A stretch of DNA of 64,000 nt from contig CAVPRW010000020.1 in assembly GCA_963707985.1 (NCBI GenBank), positions 32,001 through 96,000 on the forward strand, read 5' to 3'. Every line of letters begins with the position of its first letter. The first letter of the stretch is position 1. Shown here piece by piece: positions 21,189 through 29,920 of this stretch. This DNA is from an uncultured Nitrospinota bacterium. GTDB lineage: Bacteria; Tectomicrobia; Entotheonellia; J063; CAVPRW01. Both the position numbers and the translations under genes were made by a program. A model generated the notes under the pieces. That model was not told the origin of the DNA and did no database searches. It was given only the letters and a program-made list of their open reading frames with translations.

Positions 21189-21729
21189 GACTCACACCTC
21201 CTCCGCTAGCCACCGTGCCAGGGCCTCTTGCACCAGCACACTCGTGATGTGACCTGGCGCGGGTTAGAAGAGCGGCGTCGGGTCCGTGACCTGGCCGCAG
21301 AGCGTACACATACACATAAGTCTCATCCCGTTCCTCCTGGAGCAATTCCCCGAGCCTGCGCAACACCTCCAATGCCTCGTCCGTTCGGTTTAGCCAATCG
21401 AGGCGAGCGGATGCTAATCCTCCCTGCATACCACTGCCCGCTACCGCTGAGCGTCGGCAGCGCTTTGGCATGGACCCGTCAAGGGTGATCACATCTCGGT
21501 TATTTCACGAAGCAAAGGGCAACGATGAGCACCAGAGCCGCTAGGATGATGAGGATGCCCCAGACGCTCCCGAGGCCGACGACATCAGGGCCGACGGTGA
21601 AGTAAAACCCCACCATAGGGTGACGAACAGGAGAACGAAAATCTGCGCCGCTGTGCGCTTGGACCGTTTTACCGGTGAGGCAGGAGTCATGCGGGCTCTC
21701 CCAGGCTCTGCGCCATGATGACTTCATGC

Positions 21730-21880
21730 TTCATCGGACCTCGTCACCCTGCGCCAGCAGGCTGCCGATGGTCCCTTTCTGCCACTTCTCTTTGTCGCTG
21801 AGCGTCAGCACCCCTTCGTGATTTAAGCGATTGGCGATCGTCTGCAAGGATAGGCCTTCGTCCCGCAGTTCGCAGTCGAG
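21730..21880 (-). pseudogene. Recombinase DNA-binding domain fragment
   Basis: Translates as LRDEGLSLQTIANRLNHEGVLTLSDKEKWQKGTIGSLL. Confidence 0.6.
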
Positions 21881-22008
21881 TGAGCGGCTATGGTGCCCCG
21901 CGTGCCCCGGTCCTCGGCCAACAGCCAGGCCAGAATGTGGCGTTGGAGGCGGGAGAGACGTTCACGGGTCATGGCCATCCCTGCAAATCTGACGTATGCG
22001 GGCATTGG

Positions 22009-22895
22009 TCAAATACCGGCCTTCAGGTCACGGAGTAATCGGGTAAACGCCTGCTGGTACGCATCGTGGTCCTTCCACTGCTGAATATCTCCGATATGGC
22101 GTTGCCTGCGGATGCCTGCCGCCCAGCCCACCGCACTGTGCATGACCGCCTCGTCAATCCGGATAGGGAACAGTACCACCCGGTTCTCCTGAGCCTCTTT
22201 CGCAAAGGCGGTTTCGACTTCCTTTTGAACCCATCGGCTTTTAACGGAATATTCAGACAGGATGAGGAGAAGTCGGTCATAGACCTGGATCGATTCATCG
22301 ATACGGGACCGAAATTCGTCCCCGATTTTCAAGTCCTCCGGCGCAAACCAGCAACGGACCCCGTTGTCCTGGAGGTCAGCATGCAAGCGTTGCACTAGCG
22401 CGTCATCCCCACTGGAATAGCTGATGAAGCAGGAGTGATACTGGAAGGGTTGCTCGACGAGCGACTTGCTATAGGTGATCATGTCGTCGGGCACGCCAGC
22501 CCCTCGAAGGAAGACCGCGGGGATGTTGCCGTGCGAGCGATAGAGGGTGTCGATGCCGATGGTCGATGGCCCGCTATGATATAGATTCGCAAGCCCTTCA
22601 ACCGTGCTAAGGTCAACATCTCCGAATACAGTCCACCCTGTTTGAGCCCACGTGAGGATTGCTGCAGAAAGGGTGGCCGCTGTGAGGTTTGTCCGATAGA
22701 GCTCTGCCTTGAAGAGGATTGCCTCAGTGAGGTCCGCCCTGTGGAGGTTCGCCTCGTCAATGTCTGCCCAGGAGCGGTTAACCCCGCGGAGGATACTGGG
22801 TAGACATCTGCCCTGTTGAAGTCCACCCCTTGGAGGCCCGGGCGTAGTTCTGGATGCTCGCCTCGCCATCGCTCATATTTCCTCCGCCTGGCCAT
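22009..22895 (-). CDS. Pentapeptide-repeat plus TIR domain protein (5' end frameshifted)
   Basis: ANLHRADLTEA pentapeptides; TIR motifs CFISYSS, CWFAPEDLKIG, LSEYSVKSRWVQKEV; N-terminal WRGEHPELRP lies in another frame. Confidence 0.85.
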
Positions 22896-23049
22896 CGGTA
22901 TCGAGGTTAATCTGCCACATTCGGTGATATGACACGTCCGACACATCTGCTGACCCTTTAGAATCTGACAGACCTTCCATGGGTCAAGGTACCGGCCGGA
23001 TGAAGCACATCGTGTGATAGCTTCGATGAAGCTAATAGCTCATAAACCT

Positions 23050-23304
23050 TTAGCAGCGATATTCCTTACACTTATACTCGCGCCCAATGCGCTGACAGAT
23101 CACTTCACACTTCCCTGGCTTATCAATGGTGAAGCGATCGGGTAATGGCTGCCCACGCCAGCGCCGATCACGGTCAGGCTTCCACGTGCGAGAACCCTCC
23201 CAATGCTCATCAGATGGGAACGGCGAGCCGCGCCGGTCATCCGTATAGCTCATACTTGCGGTGCACAACACGAGGCCTAGACACACACCGATCCACCAGC
23301 GCAT
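23050..23304 (-). CDS. Small secreted Cys-containing hypothetical protein (last integron cassette)
   Basis: RBS GGAGG, signal peptide, C-terminal CEVIC...CKEYRC; follows the attC core at 23401. Confidence 0.65.
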   Translation of the reverse strand: MRWWIGVCLGLVLCTASMSYTDDRRGSPFPSDEHWEGSRTWKPDRDRRWRGQPLPDRFTIDKPGKCEVICQRIGREYKCKEYRC

Positions 23305-23400
23305 CGGTTCAATCCTCCAATTAGTAACTTCTATTCTATGGCATGGATCACGCCTCCGTCCAGAAGTCTTCATCCAGCACCCGGTCGACCGAGAGCGTCT

Positions 23401-23472
23401 GTTCAACGCTAAGGATAACCTGCTGGTATGGAGCGCAGCGGAATACCCGTCAGGTTCATCCTGTGGTTAGGT
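23401..23472 (-). other. attC: attC site (HicBA cassette)
   Basis: Top strand GTTCAAC...GTTAGGT with internal inverted arms AACCTG/CAGGTT. Confidence 0.8.
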
Positions 23473-23494
23473 GGTGATCGTGCTAGCGCCAACG

Positions 23495-23707
23495 TTACAA
23501 GTCTTGGGGTTGAAGTCCTGTACGCCTGGCGATCCTGGCGAGCATGCGAGGACCGATCTTTTCAGCGTCATGGAAGGCAAAGACGACGTCAGGCCAGCCA
23601 GGGCGAGAGAGGACACGGTGGGACCCATCTTGCCGTTTGATGCGCCAGCCCACACGCAGCAGAGCCGCCAGGACTCGTCTCGCGCTCGTGCTGGACCAGG
23701 TGCTTAT
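23495..23707 (-). CDS. hicA: HicA-family toxin with ATA in place of the start codon
   Basis: ARRVLAALLRVGWRIKRQDGSHRVL...FAFHD...GPRMLARI (GSH motif); 70 aa, missed by the ORF track. Confidence 0.8.
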   Translation of the reverse strand: MSTWSSTSARRVLAALLRVGWRIKRQDGSHRVLSRPGWPDVVFAFHDAEKIGPRMLARIARRTGLQPQDL

Positions 23708-23910
23708 GCGGCGGCGAAGGAAATACTTAACAGGTCTGGGCCAGCCTCGCCATGGTCGAGACGGTCCGCCACGACACGGAGCGCCAACGCTTGGACCTTG
23801 GCCGTCGCTTTCTCAGAACTCTGGCCATACGTCAGTACGCCAGGCAGTTCAAGGACTTCGGCGATCCAGCGGCCGTCATCTTCCTGCTCGATTTCCACCG
23901 TGAATGTCAT
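23704..23910 (-). CDS. hicB: HicB-family antitoxin
   Basis: MTFTVEIEQEDDGRWIAEVLELPGVLTYG. Confidence 0.88.
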   Translation of the reverse strand: MTFTVEIEQEDDGRWIAEVLELPGVLTYGQSSEKATAKVQALALRVVADRLDHGEAGPDLLSISFAAA

Positions 23911-23983
23911 CGGCACCCTCCGCTTCTCCCGTCGCCTATCATTCTACTCTCTGCCTTGCTTGGAGGGTAGTCCCCATGACAAA

Positions 23984-24045
23984 ACCACCGGACGCTCAGG
24001 TTCAGCCGCACTCACGCCGCGGCTGTAATTTCCGATGTGAGAAAC
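23984..24045 (-). other. attC: Degenerate attC site (DUF3565 cassette)
   Basis: ACCACCGGAC core matches the inverse core GTTAGGTGGT at 23466; arms CAGCCGC/GCGGCTG. Confidence 0.55.
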
Positions 24046-24094
24046 GCGCCAGGGCGGTCAGCCCATTTCTCATCAGCACAGGAACACGTGGCTC

Positions 24095-24304
24095 CTATGC
24101 GTGGCGATCTGGCGGAGCACCTGCGTCGCATTTGACACAAGGCAGCAAGCGGCCGATGGCTTTGGACCGGCCATCTGCGGTAATGACCCAAGGCCGGTTG
24201 CTCCAGGGTGGATGATGCCGGACATGTTGGGCGTGGCCGCACTCAAGCTCAGCCACCCAGTGCTGCTCATCGTCCTGATAGAAGCCAACAATGCGGCGCT
24301 CCAT
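24095..24304 (-). CDS. DUF3565 family small Zn-binding protein (cassette)
   Basis: IVGFYQDDEQHWVAELECGHAQHVRHHPPW...CVKC. Confidence 0.82.
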   Translation of the reverse strand: MERRIVGFYQDDEQHWVAELECGHAQHVRHHPPWSNRPWVITADGRSKAIGRLLPCVKCDAGAPPDRHA

Positions 24305-24318
24305 GGTGGTTCCCTGGT

Positions 24319-24383
24319 CGCCTGACGACGGCTCCACACAGCCGTGCGCGTGGGCGCACGGGCTGGAACGTCTTGTTCGGCAA
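24319..24383 (-). other. attC: attC site (TspO cassette)
   Basis: CGCCTGAC...GTTCGGCAA with arms CCGTGCGC/GCGCACGG; GTTCGGCAA is the exact complement of TTGCCGAAC at 24943-24951. Confidence 0.75.
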
Positions 24384-24427
24384 CATGGCGACGCGCCTGT
24401 CACACGAAACACGCACACGGCACCGTG

Positions 24428-24928
24428 TCATGAACCCAGCAGCTGATGATTGAGTTGCCAGACCCTATAGTTCAACACCGCGGCAAAGCTCACCCACAGC
24501 AGGTAAGGCATGAGCAATGCCCCGGCCAGTGGTCTGACGCGCCAGAAGGTCATCAGGGTGGCCACGATCAACGCCCACAGCAGCACGATGTCGGCGAATG
24601 CCAGGGCGCCGAGGTGCCAGCCGAAAAAGAGCCAACTCCACAACGCATTGCTCGCAAGCTGCACGAGAAATACGCTGAGGGCTGTACGTGCCGCCCGAAA
24701 CCCTCCCATACGCCAAACCAACCATGCGGCAACACCCATAAGCGCGAACAGCGCCGTCCAAACAGGGCCAAAGATCGACGGTGGCGGAGCCCATGCCGGG
24801 CGCACAAGCTGCATGTAAAACGACTCAGCGTTGATCGACGCGGCGCTACCGATGCCGGCAGCCATGAAGGTCACCATGAGCCACGCCACGAGGCCAAGAA
24901 CCTGCTTATGCTTTGGAATCGGAGCCAT
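24428..24928 (-). CDS. tspO: TspO/MBR tryptophan-rich sensory protein (cassette)
   Basis: PAWAPPPSIFGPVWTAL, NALWSWLFFG, PYLLWVSFAAVLN. Confidence 0.92.
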   Translation of the reverse strand: MAPIPKHKQVLGLVAWLMVTFMAAGIGSAASINAESFYMQLVRPAWAPPPSIFGPVWTALFALMGVAAWLVWRMGGFRAARTALSVFLVQLASNALWSWLFFGWHLGALAFADIVLLWALIVATLMTFWRVRPLAGALLMPYLLWVSFAAVLNYRVWQLNHQLLGS

Positions 24929-24944
24929 GAAGAATTGCATTTTT

Positions 24945-25060
24945 GCCGAACGCCTCACGCTCAGCGGCAGGCGGTGAAACCACCACCCACCGATGGCTGT
25001 GCCAATGACGTGTGCACCACCGCTGTCCCGCCCGTCCGCTGCCGTGTGTGTCGAGGTCCA
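24945..25060 (-). other. attC: attC site (peptidase E cassette), homologous to the attC at 27755
   Basis: GCCGAAC...CTCAGCGGCAGGCGG...CCGCCCGTCCGCTG; clearly similar to 27755-27866; inverse core degenerate. Confidence 0.75.
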
Positions 25061-25073
25061 CGCCGCAGATGGC

Positions 25074-25782
25074 TCACGCATCAGCCTTCAGATACCTAAT
25101 GGCCAAGGGCACCTCTCGCAGAGTCCCACTCCCGACTGAAAAGAAGCGAGCGCTGGCGTGTGAGCGGGATGAAACGGTACAGAATAGCTCGCCGTCGACG
25201 AAATGCAGAGCCACTCCGTCGTCGACCGCGGAACCCGGCCTGATATGCCTGCCGATGACAAGCTGAGTGTAGGACGGGCGTCGCTTGGGGTCGCCATCAA
25301 AGTGACAGGAAAAACTCCCCTTCAAAAAACCCAGGCCATCCATCTTCGATAGACCACCTGGGGTCGAGTCCGTGTGCCCCTCCTCAAACCAACAGAGTGC
25401 GCCCGCACTCAGCCCAGCTAGCACAACCCCACGTTCCCACGCTTGCCGCAAAGCGATGTTCTCGCCCGTACTCTCGCCACACGGCGAGCATCGCACGCGT
25501 GGCTCCGCCGGCGACGTAGACGACATCACTCGTAAGAATGGTCGCTTCGACGTTATCAGGACGCCCGCATGGCCGGAAGACGGCAAGAATCGTCGCCACA
25601 CAAGGGAAACGCTCACATGCGTTGTAGAAGCGGGCGATGGCATCGTGCGAGTCACCTTGCGCGGTGGGCAAAAATAGCACTCTTGGGCATGGGCTGGGCA
25701 CCTGTGCGAGAATGTACTCGTCCAGGAGAGGGTTGTCTGGCTCCATCATGAACCCGCCGCCACCCATCGCAATGATTTGCAT
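25074..25782 (-). pseudogene. Peptidase E (S51 family), frameshifted cassette gene
   Basis: MQIIAMGGGGF, FLPTAQGD, YVAGG, GLSAGALCWF and CHFDG spread over different frames. Confidence 0.85.
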
Positions 25783-25812
25783 GCTCACGTGGACTCCCTG
25801 TAGCCCCTTATG

Positions 25813-25866
25813 GACCGAACGAAACAGCGTTTTGTGGCGCGCAGCCGCCACAAAACGCTGTTGAAC
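25813..25866 (-). other. attC: Short attC-like site ending the IS91 remnant cassette
   Basis: GACCGAAC...GTTGAAC enclosing the perfect palindrome AACAGCGTTTTGTGGCG/CGCCACAAAACGCTGTT. Confidence 0.6.
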
Positions 25867-25881
25867 GGAACCGCGCGGCAT

Positions 25882-26855
25882 CTCATAGGGAATTTTAATC
25901 CTGTCTGGCCCGCCTGGGAAGCATTTTCGAGGGGGTGTTGGACAAGGGGTTACGGTCCTCGCCGGTGAGAGAAGGCCTGGAGCCTCGGTGGTTGGGTGGG
26001 CACGGGGAGCAGTGCGGAGGGGTTGCTCCGCTGGCCTCAGGACGGTTCACCAGAGATGGGCACACCAGGGGCCCGGACCCGTCAGCAGGACGTGTGGCGA
26101 CCAGTAAGAAGAGAGCATGCCGGGAGGCAACTGGGGCGCGCATGGTGGCCCCCGTTGGCGTAGGGGAATGGAACGCATGACGACCAGTAGGCCCTGAGCA
26201 CAGGATGGATAGGGGTGCCCCGCCAGGCAGAGTTGCCGTGGGTACCGGAGGGGCCGATGGACAGGACTCCACAGCCTCTAGTAGCGAACCTTGTGGAACC
26301 CTTGGGGCCACACATGCGGCAGAAAGCGCCGGATGAACTCGTGGGCGGGCAACGTCAAGGTGTTCCCACGCTGGTCCTGGGAGTCCTGGTAGCGAAAGCA
26401 CCCCTGGCCATTATCGATGGCGAGGAGACGGGGGTTGGTCAGCGCGATGCGGTGGATATCTCTGCCCAGGTCGTTCAGGCCTTTCTCCGTGCCTGCCCAG
26501 CCGGTTTGCCGGAGACCACCCCCCCCTTGGTCCAGACCACCTCGGGACTGATCAGGTCAGGGTGTTCCTGGCGCACCAGATCGAGCTACAGGCCACGAAA
26601 CCGCTTCGCGAGGGCAGGGACGGGGACGAGGGAGGACGTGCGCGCTGGCCGCCATTCGGTTCGGTCGGCGGAGACCCCGCCAGCTGGCACCAGGCAGTGG
26701 ACATGCGGATGGGAGGTCAGGGTGCGGGTCCAGGTGTGGAGGATACACAAGACGCCCATCAGGCCGCCCACATGATGCGGGTCCATCGCGAGTTTGATGA
26801 GCGCTTGGGCCGCGGCGCGCAGCACCCTGTCGTACAGGTCTTTTGGGTGGCGGCG
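25882..26855 (-). mobile_element. IS91-family transposase remnant with oriIS-like end
   Basis: LHTWTRTLTSHPHVHCLVPAGG (HUH motif); many frameshifts; bottom-strand GATTAAAATTCCCTATG at 25900-25884. Confidence 0.85.
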
Positions 26856-26942
26856 GGGGCCGCACCACCCCCGACCTGCGCTCTGGCTGAAGCCTGCCGA
26901 GCCATCTGCGGTCCGCCCGTCCGCTGCAGCGCCTGGTTAGCC
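26850..26942 (-). other. attC: Half attC site, truncated by a deletion that joins it to the IS91 remnant
   Basis: CCCGTCCGCTGCAGCGCCTGGTTAGCC; GTTAGCC matches the core GGCTAAC at 27755. Confidence 0.7.
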
Positions 26943-27020
26943 ACCCCTAACAAATTCACCTGTCTCGCTATCCACCTTAAATGACAAAAATCCGCGGGAA
27001 TGGGAGCTTGCATTGAATGG

Positions 27021-27701
27021 TCACTGTTCCAGGTTCGCGGCTCCGAAATGCGTGTCGAGAAGCTCCTCCAGCCCCTCAATCATCTGGCGAAGATCACGAT
27101 CGTCGAACGCGCCCCACTCGGCGTGGAATGCCTGGTTTCGGAGGGCGGCGTACGCCTTCAACCGCTCCGCCTTGACCTTGCCGACTATGCGGTTGGACCT
27201 CAACGCATTGATCAGCGAATCGAGGGTCTTGTCATCGGTTGCGATGTTGTGTTTACGGCAAAGTCTCTTGACCGTATCCTCGAGGACTGCACTCGCCAGT
27301 ACCGCGGCCTCCATCTGCTTGCCACGCTCATTGTAGGTAGACGCATGTTGCAAGAACTGGTCGAACGTCAGGCCGGCAAAGTGGAGTTCTAAGGTGTTCA
27401 GGAGCCCATTAGACCACTCCGCAGCAGCCGATTTCAGAATTCCGAGGATAGTTGCCATAAGTTCACGAAAAATTGGCGAGTGGGAGGCTGGTAACAGACG
27501 TTGCGCCTCCCGTCGGTAACGGCTATCAACTGGCATGGCGATCTCCAGCAGATTGACCGCGGAAAGGAGCCATGATAGGCATTCGGAACGGTCGTCAACG
27601 TCAACGGAGTGCGTCCCCTTGATTTGCGCGAACAGCTGCTCACCCACTTCGACGAGTTCGGTGAATCGTCGTTCGATACCTTCGATCAAAGTGTTAGTCA
27701 T
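27021..27701 (-). CDS. DUF4145/HEPN-like protein (cassette)
   Basis: AAVLASAVLEDTVKRL and R-x4-H motif LRNQAFH; lower GC than flanks. Confidence 0.72.
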   Translation of the reverse strand: MTNTLIEGIERRFTELVEVGEQLFAQIKGTHSVDVDDRSECLSWLLSAVNLLEIAMPVDSRYRREAQRLLPASHSPIFRELMATILGILKSAAAEWSNGLLNTLELHFAGLTFDQFLQHASTYNERGKQMEAAVLASAVLEDTVKRLCRKHNIATDDKTLDSLINALRSNRIVGKVKAERLKAYAALRNQAFHAEWGAFDDRDLRQMIEGLEELLDTHFGAANLEQ

Positions 27702-27754
27702 CTCACTTGCCCTTTGCCATCCCCCTCTGCGCGTCGACATTCTCAAGTTGGGTG

Positions 27755-27868
27755 GGCTAACGCTCACGCTCAGCGGCGGGCGGGGAAATCACCACCCACC
27801 TGCGGCTGTACTGACAATGGATGCACCGCCACTTTCCCGCCCGTCCGCTGCAGCGGGTGGTTAGGTGC
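27755..27868 (-). other. attC: attC site (HigBA cassette)
   Basis: GGCTAAC...CAGCGGCGGGCGGG / CCCGCCCGTCCGCTG...GTTAGGTGC; inverse core exactly complements GCACCTAAC at 28666. Confidence 0.9.
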
Positions 27869-27895
27869 GGGACCGGAGACGGGACCAAGACCCAC

Positions 27896-28294
27896 TTACT
27901 GTTTTCCTAACGCTGGCGCCGTGGGGTGAGAGGATTCCTCGGATAGACCAATAAGACTCTCGAAGGGAATGTGTAAATGCGTGTGCAAGCGCCGAATCAT
28001 GTTTAACGAGAGCTTGCGCTGACGATTCAGCACTTCTGCGACCCGCCCACGCTTCCCCAGGTACGGCTCGAGGTCCTTCCGCGTTAACCCCATTTGTTCC
28101 ATCCGAAACTTAATGGCCTCGACCGGGTCTGGGGGATCAATGGGGTAGTGCGCTTGTTCGTACGCCTCGACCAAGGTGAGCAGAATATCGAGCTTATCGC
28201 CCTTCGGGGTGTTTGCGGCTGCCCCCCAGAGCTGCTCAATTTCCCCCAGGGCACGCTCATAATCGGCTTCGGTTTTGATAGGGCGAATGTCCAT
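27896..28294 (-). CDS. higA: HigA antitoxin (HTH)
   Basis: MDIRPIKTEADYERAL...PDPVEAIKFRMEQMGLTRKDL. Confidence 0.92.
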   Translation of the reverse strand: MDIRPIKTEADYERALGEIEQLWGAAANTPKGDKLDILLTLVEAYEQAHYPIDPPDPVEAIKFRMEQMGLTRKDLEPYLGKRGRVAEVLNRQRKLSLNMIRRLHTHLHIPFESLIGLSEESSHPTAPALGKQ

Positions 28295-28596
28295 TACACC
28301 ACCTCGGCATCAATCGTGTCGTACTGGGCATGGGTTCCGATGAATCTGATGAACAACGCTTGGCGCTGATAATCCACCGCAACGATTAACCGATACTTGT
28401 TGCCACCAATGTTAAAGACGACCCGATTGTTTTTCAGAATGCTCGCATGCCGAAACTGGGCCTTAATGTCTTGTGGGGTGTGCCACTGCGCTTTCCGGGC
28501 TTCCGCATACCAGGCTTCCAGCGGCCCTTTGGCATCGGCATACTGCGGCGTAGATTCCCAAAATCGCCGCAAGGTTCGTTTTGCTATCACTCGCAT
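28294..28596 (-). CDS. higB: HigB toxin (mRNA interferase)
   Basis: MRVIAKRTLRRFW...RVVFNIGGNKYRLI...FIGTHAQYD. Confidence 0.92.
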   Translation of the reverse strand: MRVIAKRTLRRFWESTPQYADAKGPLEAWYAEARKAQWHTPQDIKAQFRHASILKNNRVVFNIGGNKYRLIVAVDYQRQALFIRFIGTHAQYDTIDAEVV

Positions 28597-28603
28597 ACGC
28601 GAG

Positions 28604-28632
28604 ATTATAGGGCGATCCCATTCCGGGATCAA
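28604..28632 (-). promoter_or_regulatory. Sigma70 promoter of higBA with palindromic operator; probably a leaderless transcript
   Basis: Bottom strand TTGATC-17 bp-TATAAT-7 bp-ATG; palindrome GATCCC-N5-GGGATC overlaps the -35 box. Confidence 0.75.
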
Positions 28633-28665
28633 GATTGCTGAGAGCTGAGAAGTCGCGAGATTTTG

Positions 28666-28750
28666 GCACCTAACGCTGGCGCTCACCTGCTGCCGGAAGC
28701 GGGAGCGGAGCGGACGCTGTAGGCAGTCAGGTGCAGTGCTTTGTTCGGCT
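28666..28750 (-). other. attC: attC site of the interrupted cassette
   Basis: ACCTAAC-GCTGGCGCTCACCTGCTGCC...GGCAGTCAGGTGCAGTGC...GTTCGGCT. Confidence 0.9.
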
Positions 28751-29098
28751 CAGACTCGGTCAGTAGGTGTAGAAGCTTGCAAACGTAATCGCCTCTGCTG
28801 GCAAACATCGCGTCTTTCCGCTCTGATTCATGGCCAACGAGGCACGCGCTCTGCTCACAATCATTGCCAACGAACTCACATTCATTGCACACTGCTTGCA
28901 AACATCCGGTGCTGCTCACAATCATTGCGAATAATATAATCGGAATTTTATCAGCATGTTAAGGATTTCGCTTTGAAGATTTCCGACTCATCGGTAAGCC
29001 GGATCTTTACAATTGGTACTTTCACTGAATGCGGGTGCAACGCGCTCTTTGCCCCATATTTTGTTGCCCGCCCGTTTCGGATGCTCTTTAAAATAATG

Positions 29099-29321
29099 GT
29101 TCCTTTCTGCCCAGCCAGTCCAGGCTCTTCAAGCAGCGCGCGTCGGCAGCCCCAATCGCCAGCCGCAGCAGCCCCAGTCGCTGGCAGCCAGGCGGCGTGG
29201 GCCGGCTGCCAGCAGGGCTGGCTGGCCGCTGGACCGGTTGGGGGGATGCTGGTGGCCTCCGCAGCTCAGGGGGTGCATGCCCGACGGGTCTGTGGCAAAA
29301 TAGCGTTTGAAATTCCTATCC
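29099..29321 (+). mobile_element. Non-autonomous IS91-type end fragment with oriIS-like motif
   Basis: GC-rich segment starting at GTTC and ending GCGTTTGAAATTCCTATCC. Confidence 0.65.
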
Positions 29322-29470
29322 CCAGAGGATTGTCATGCATCACCTGTGCTACAATGGGTCACTCGCGCATGAGCTCGTACACGTATCTCCGTAGAGAGAA
29401 AGCGCAGCCAAGCACCTCGTCTTGGTAGCTGCCGGTGCCCAGTGAGCCTGAGTAATGGAGAAAACTGAAT

Positions 29471-29890
29471 ATGAGGATTACTTCCTTGGTTGTATTATTC
29501 ACCTGTGTGTGTCTGGGTATGGTCGCTAGCGCTAGCGATCCGGCAGCTCATGATACCAGCATACTTCAGAACATGCGTGAACGGATGCGGGCAATGGAGC
29601 AAATCAGTGAGGCCCTCAATCGTGGGGACCTGACCACGGCTGCGGATCTGGCTCAGAAATACCTCCCTCTCCCCGAGACGGTTACGGCCAATCAAGCTAT
29701 GGCCCAGGTAGCAGCGGATTTTCAGCATCAAGTAGATCAGTTTCTTACCACTTTGGCGACTGAAGGGGTCACCACAGCATCCCAGGCCCTAAGCATTTTG
29801 AGCCAACAATGTATGAGTTGTCATACCGAGCGGGGCCTCCAGGGACAGGAAGGGCTCAAACGATTACAGGAACTTCGACGCCCACGTTAA
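29471..29890 (+). CDS. Class II cytochrome c (c'/c556-like)
   Basis: Signal peptide, helical body, C-terminal CMSCH haem motif; RBS GGAG. Confidence 0.78.
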   Translation: MRITSLVVLFTCVCLGMVASASDPAAHDTSILQNMRERMRAMEQISEALNRGDLTTAADLAQKYLPLPETVTANQAMAQVAADFQHQVDQFLTTLATEGVTTASQALSILSQQCMSCHTERGLQGQEGLKRLQELRRPR

Positions 29891-29920
29891 TATTATGGCT
29901 GTCACATGCTGAGGTGTGAC

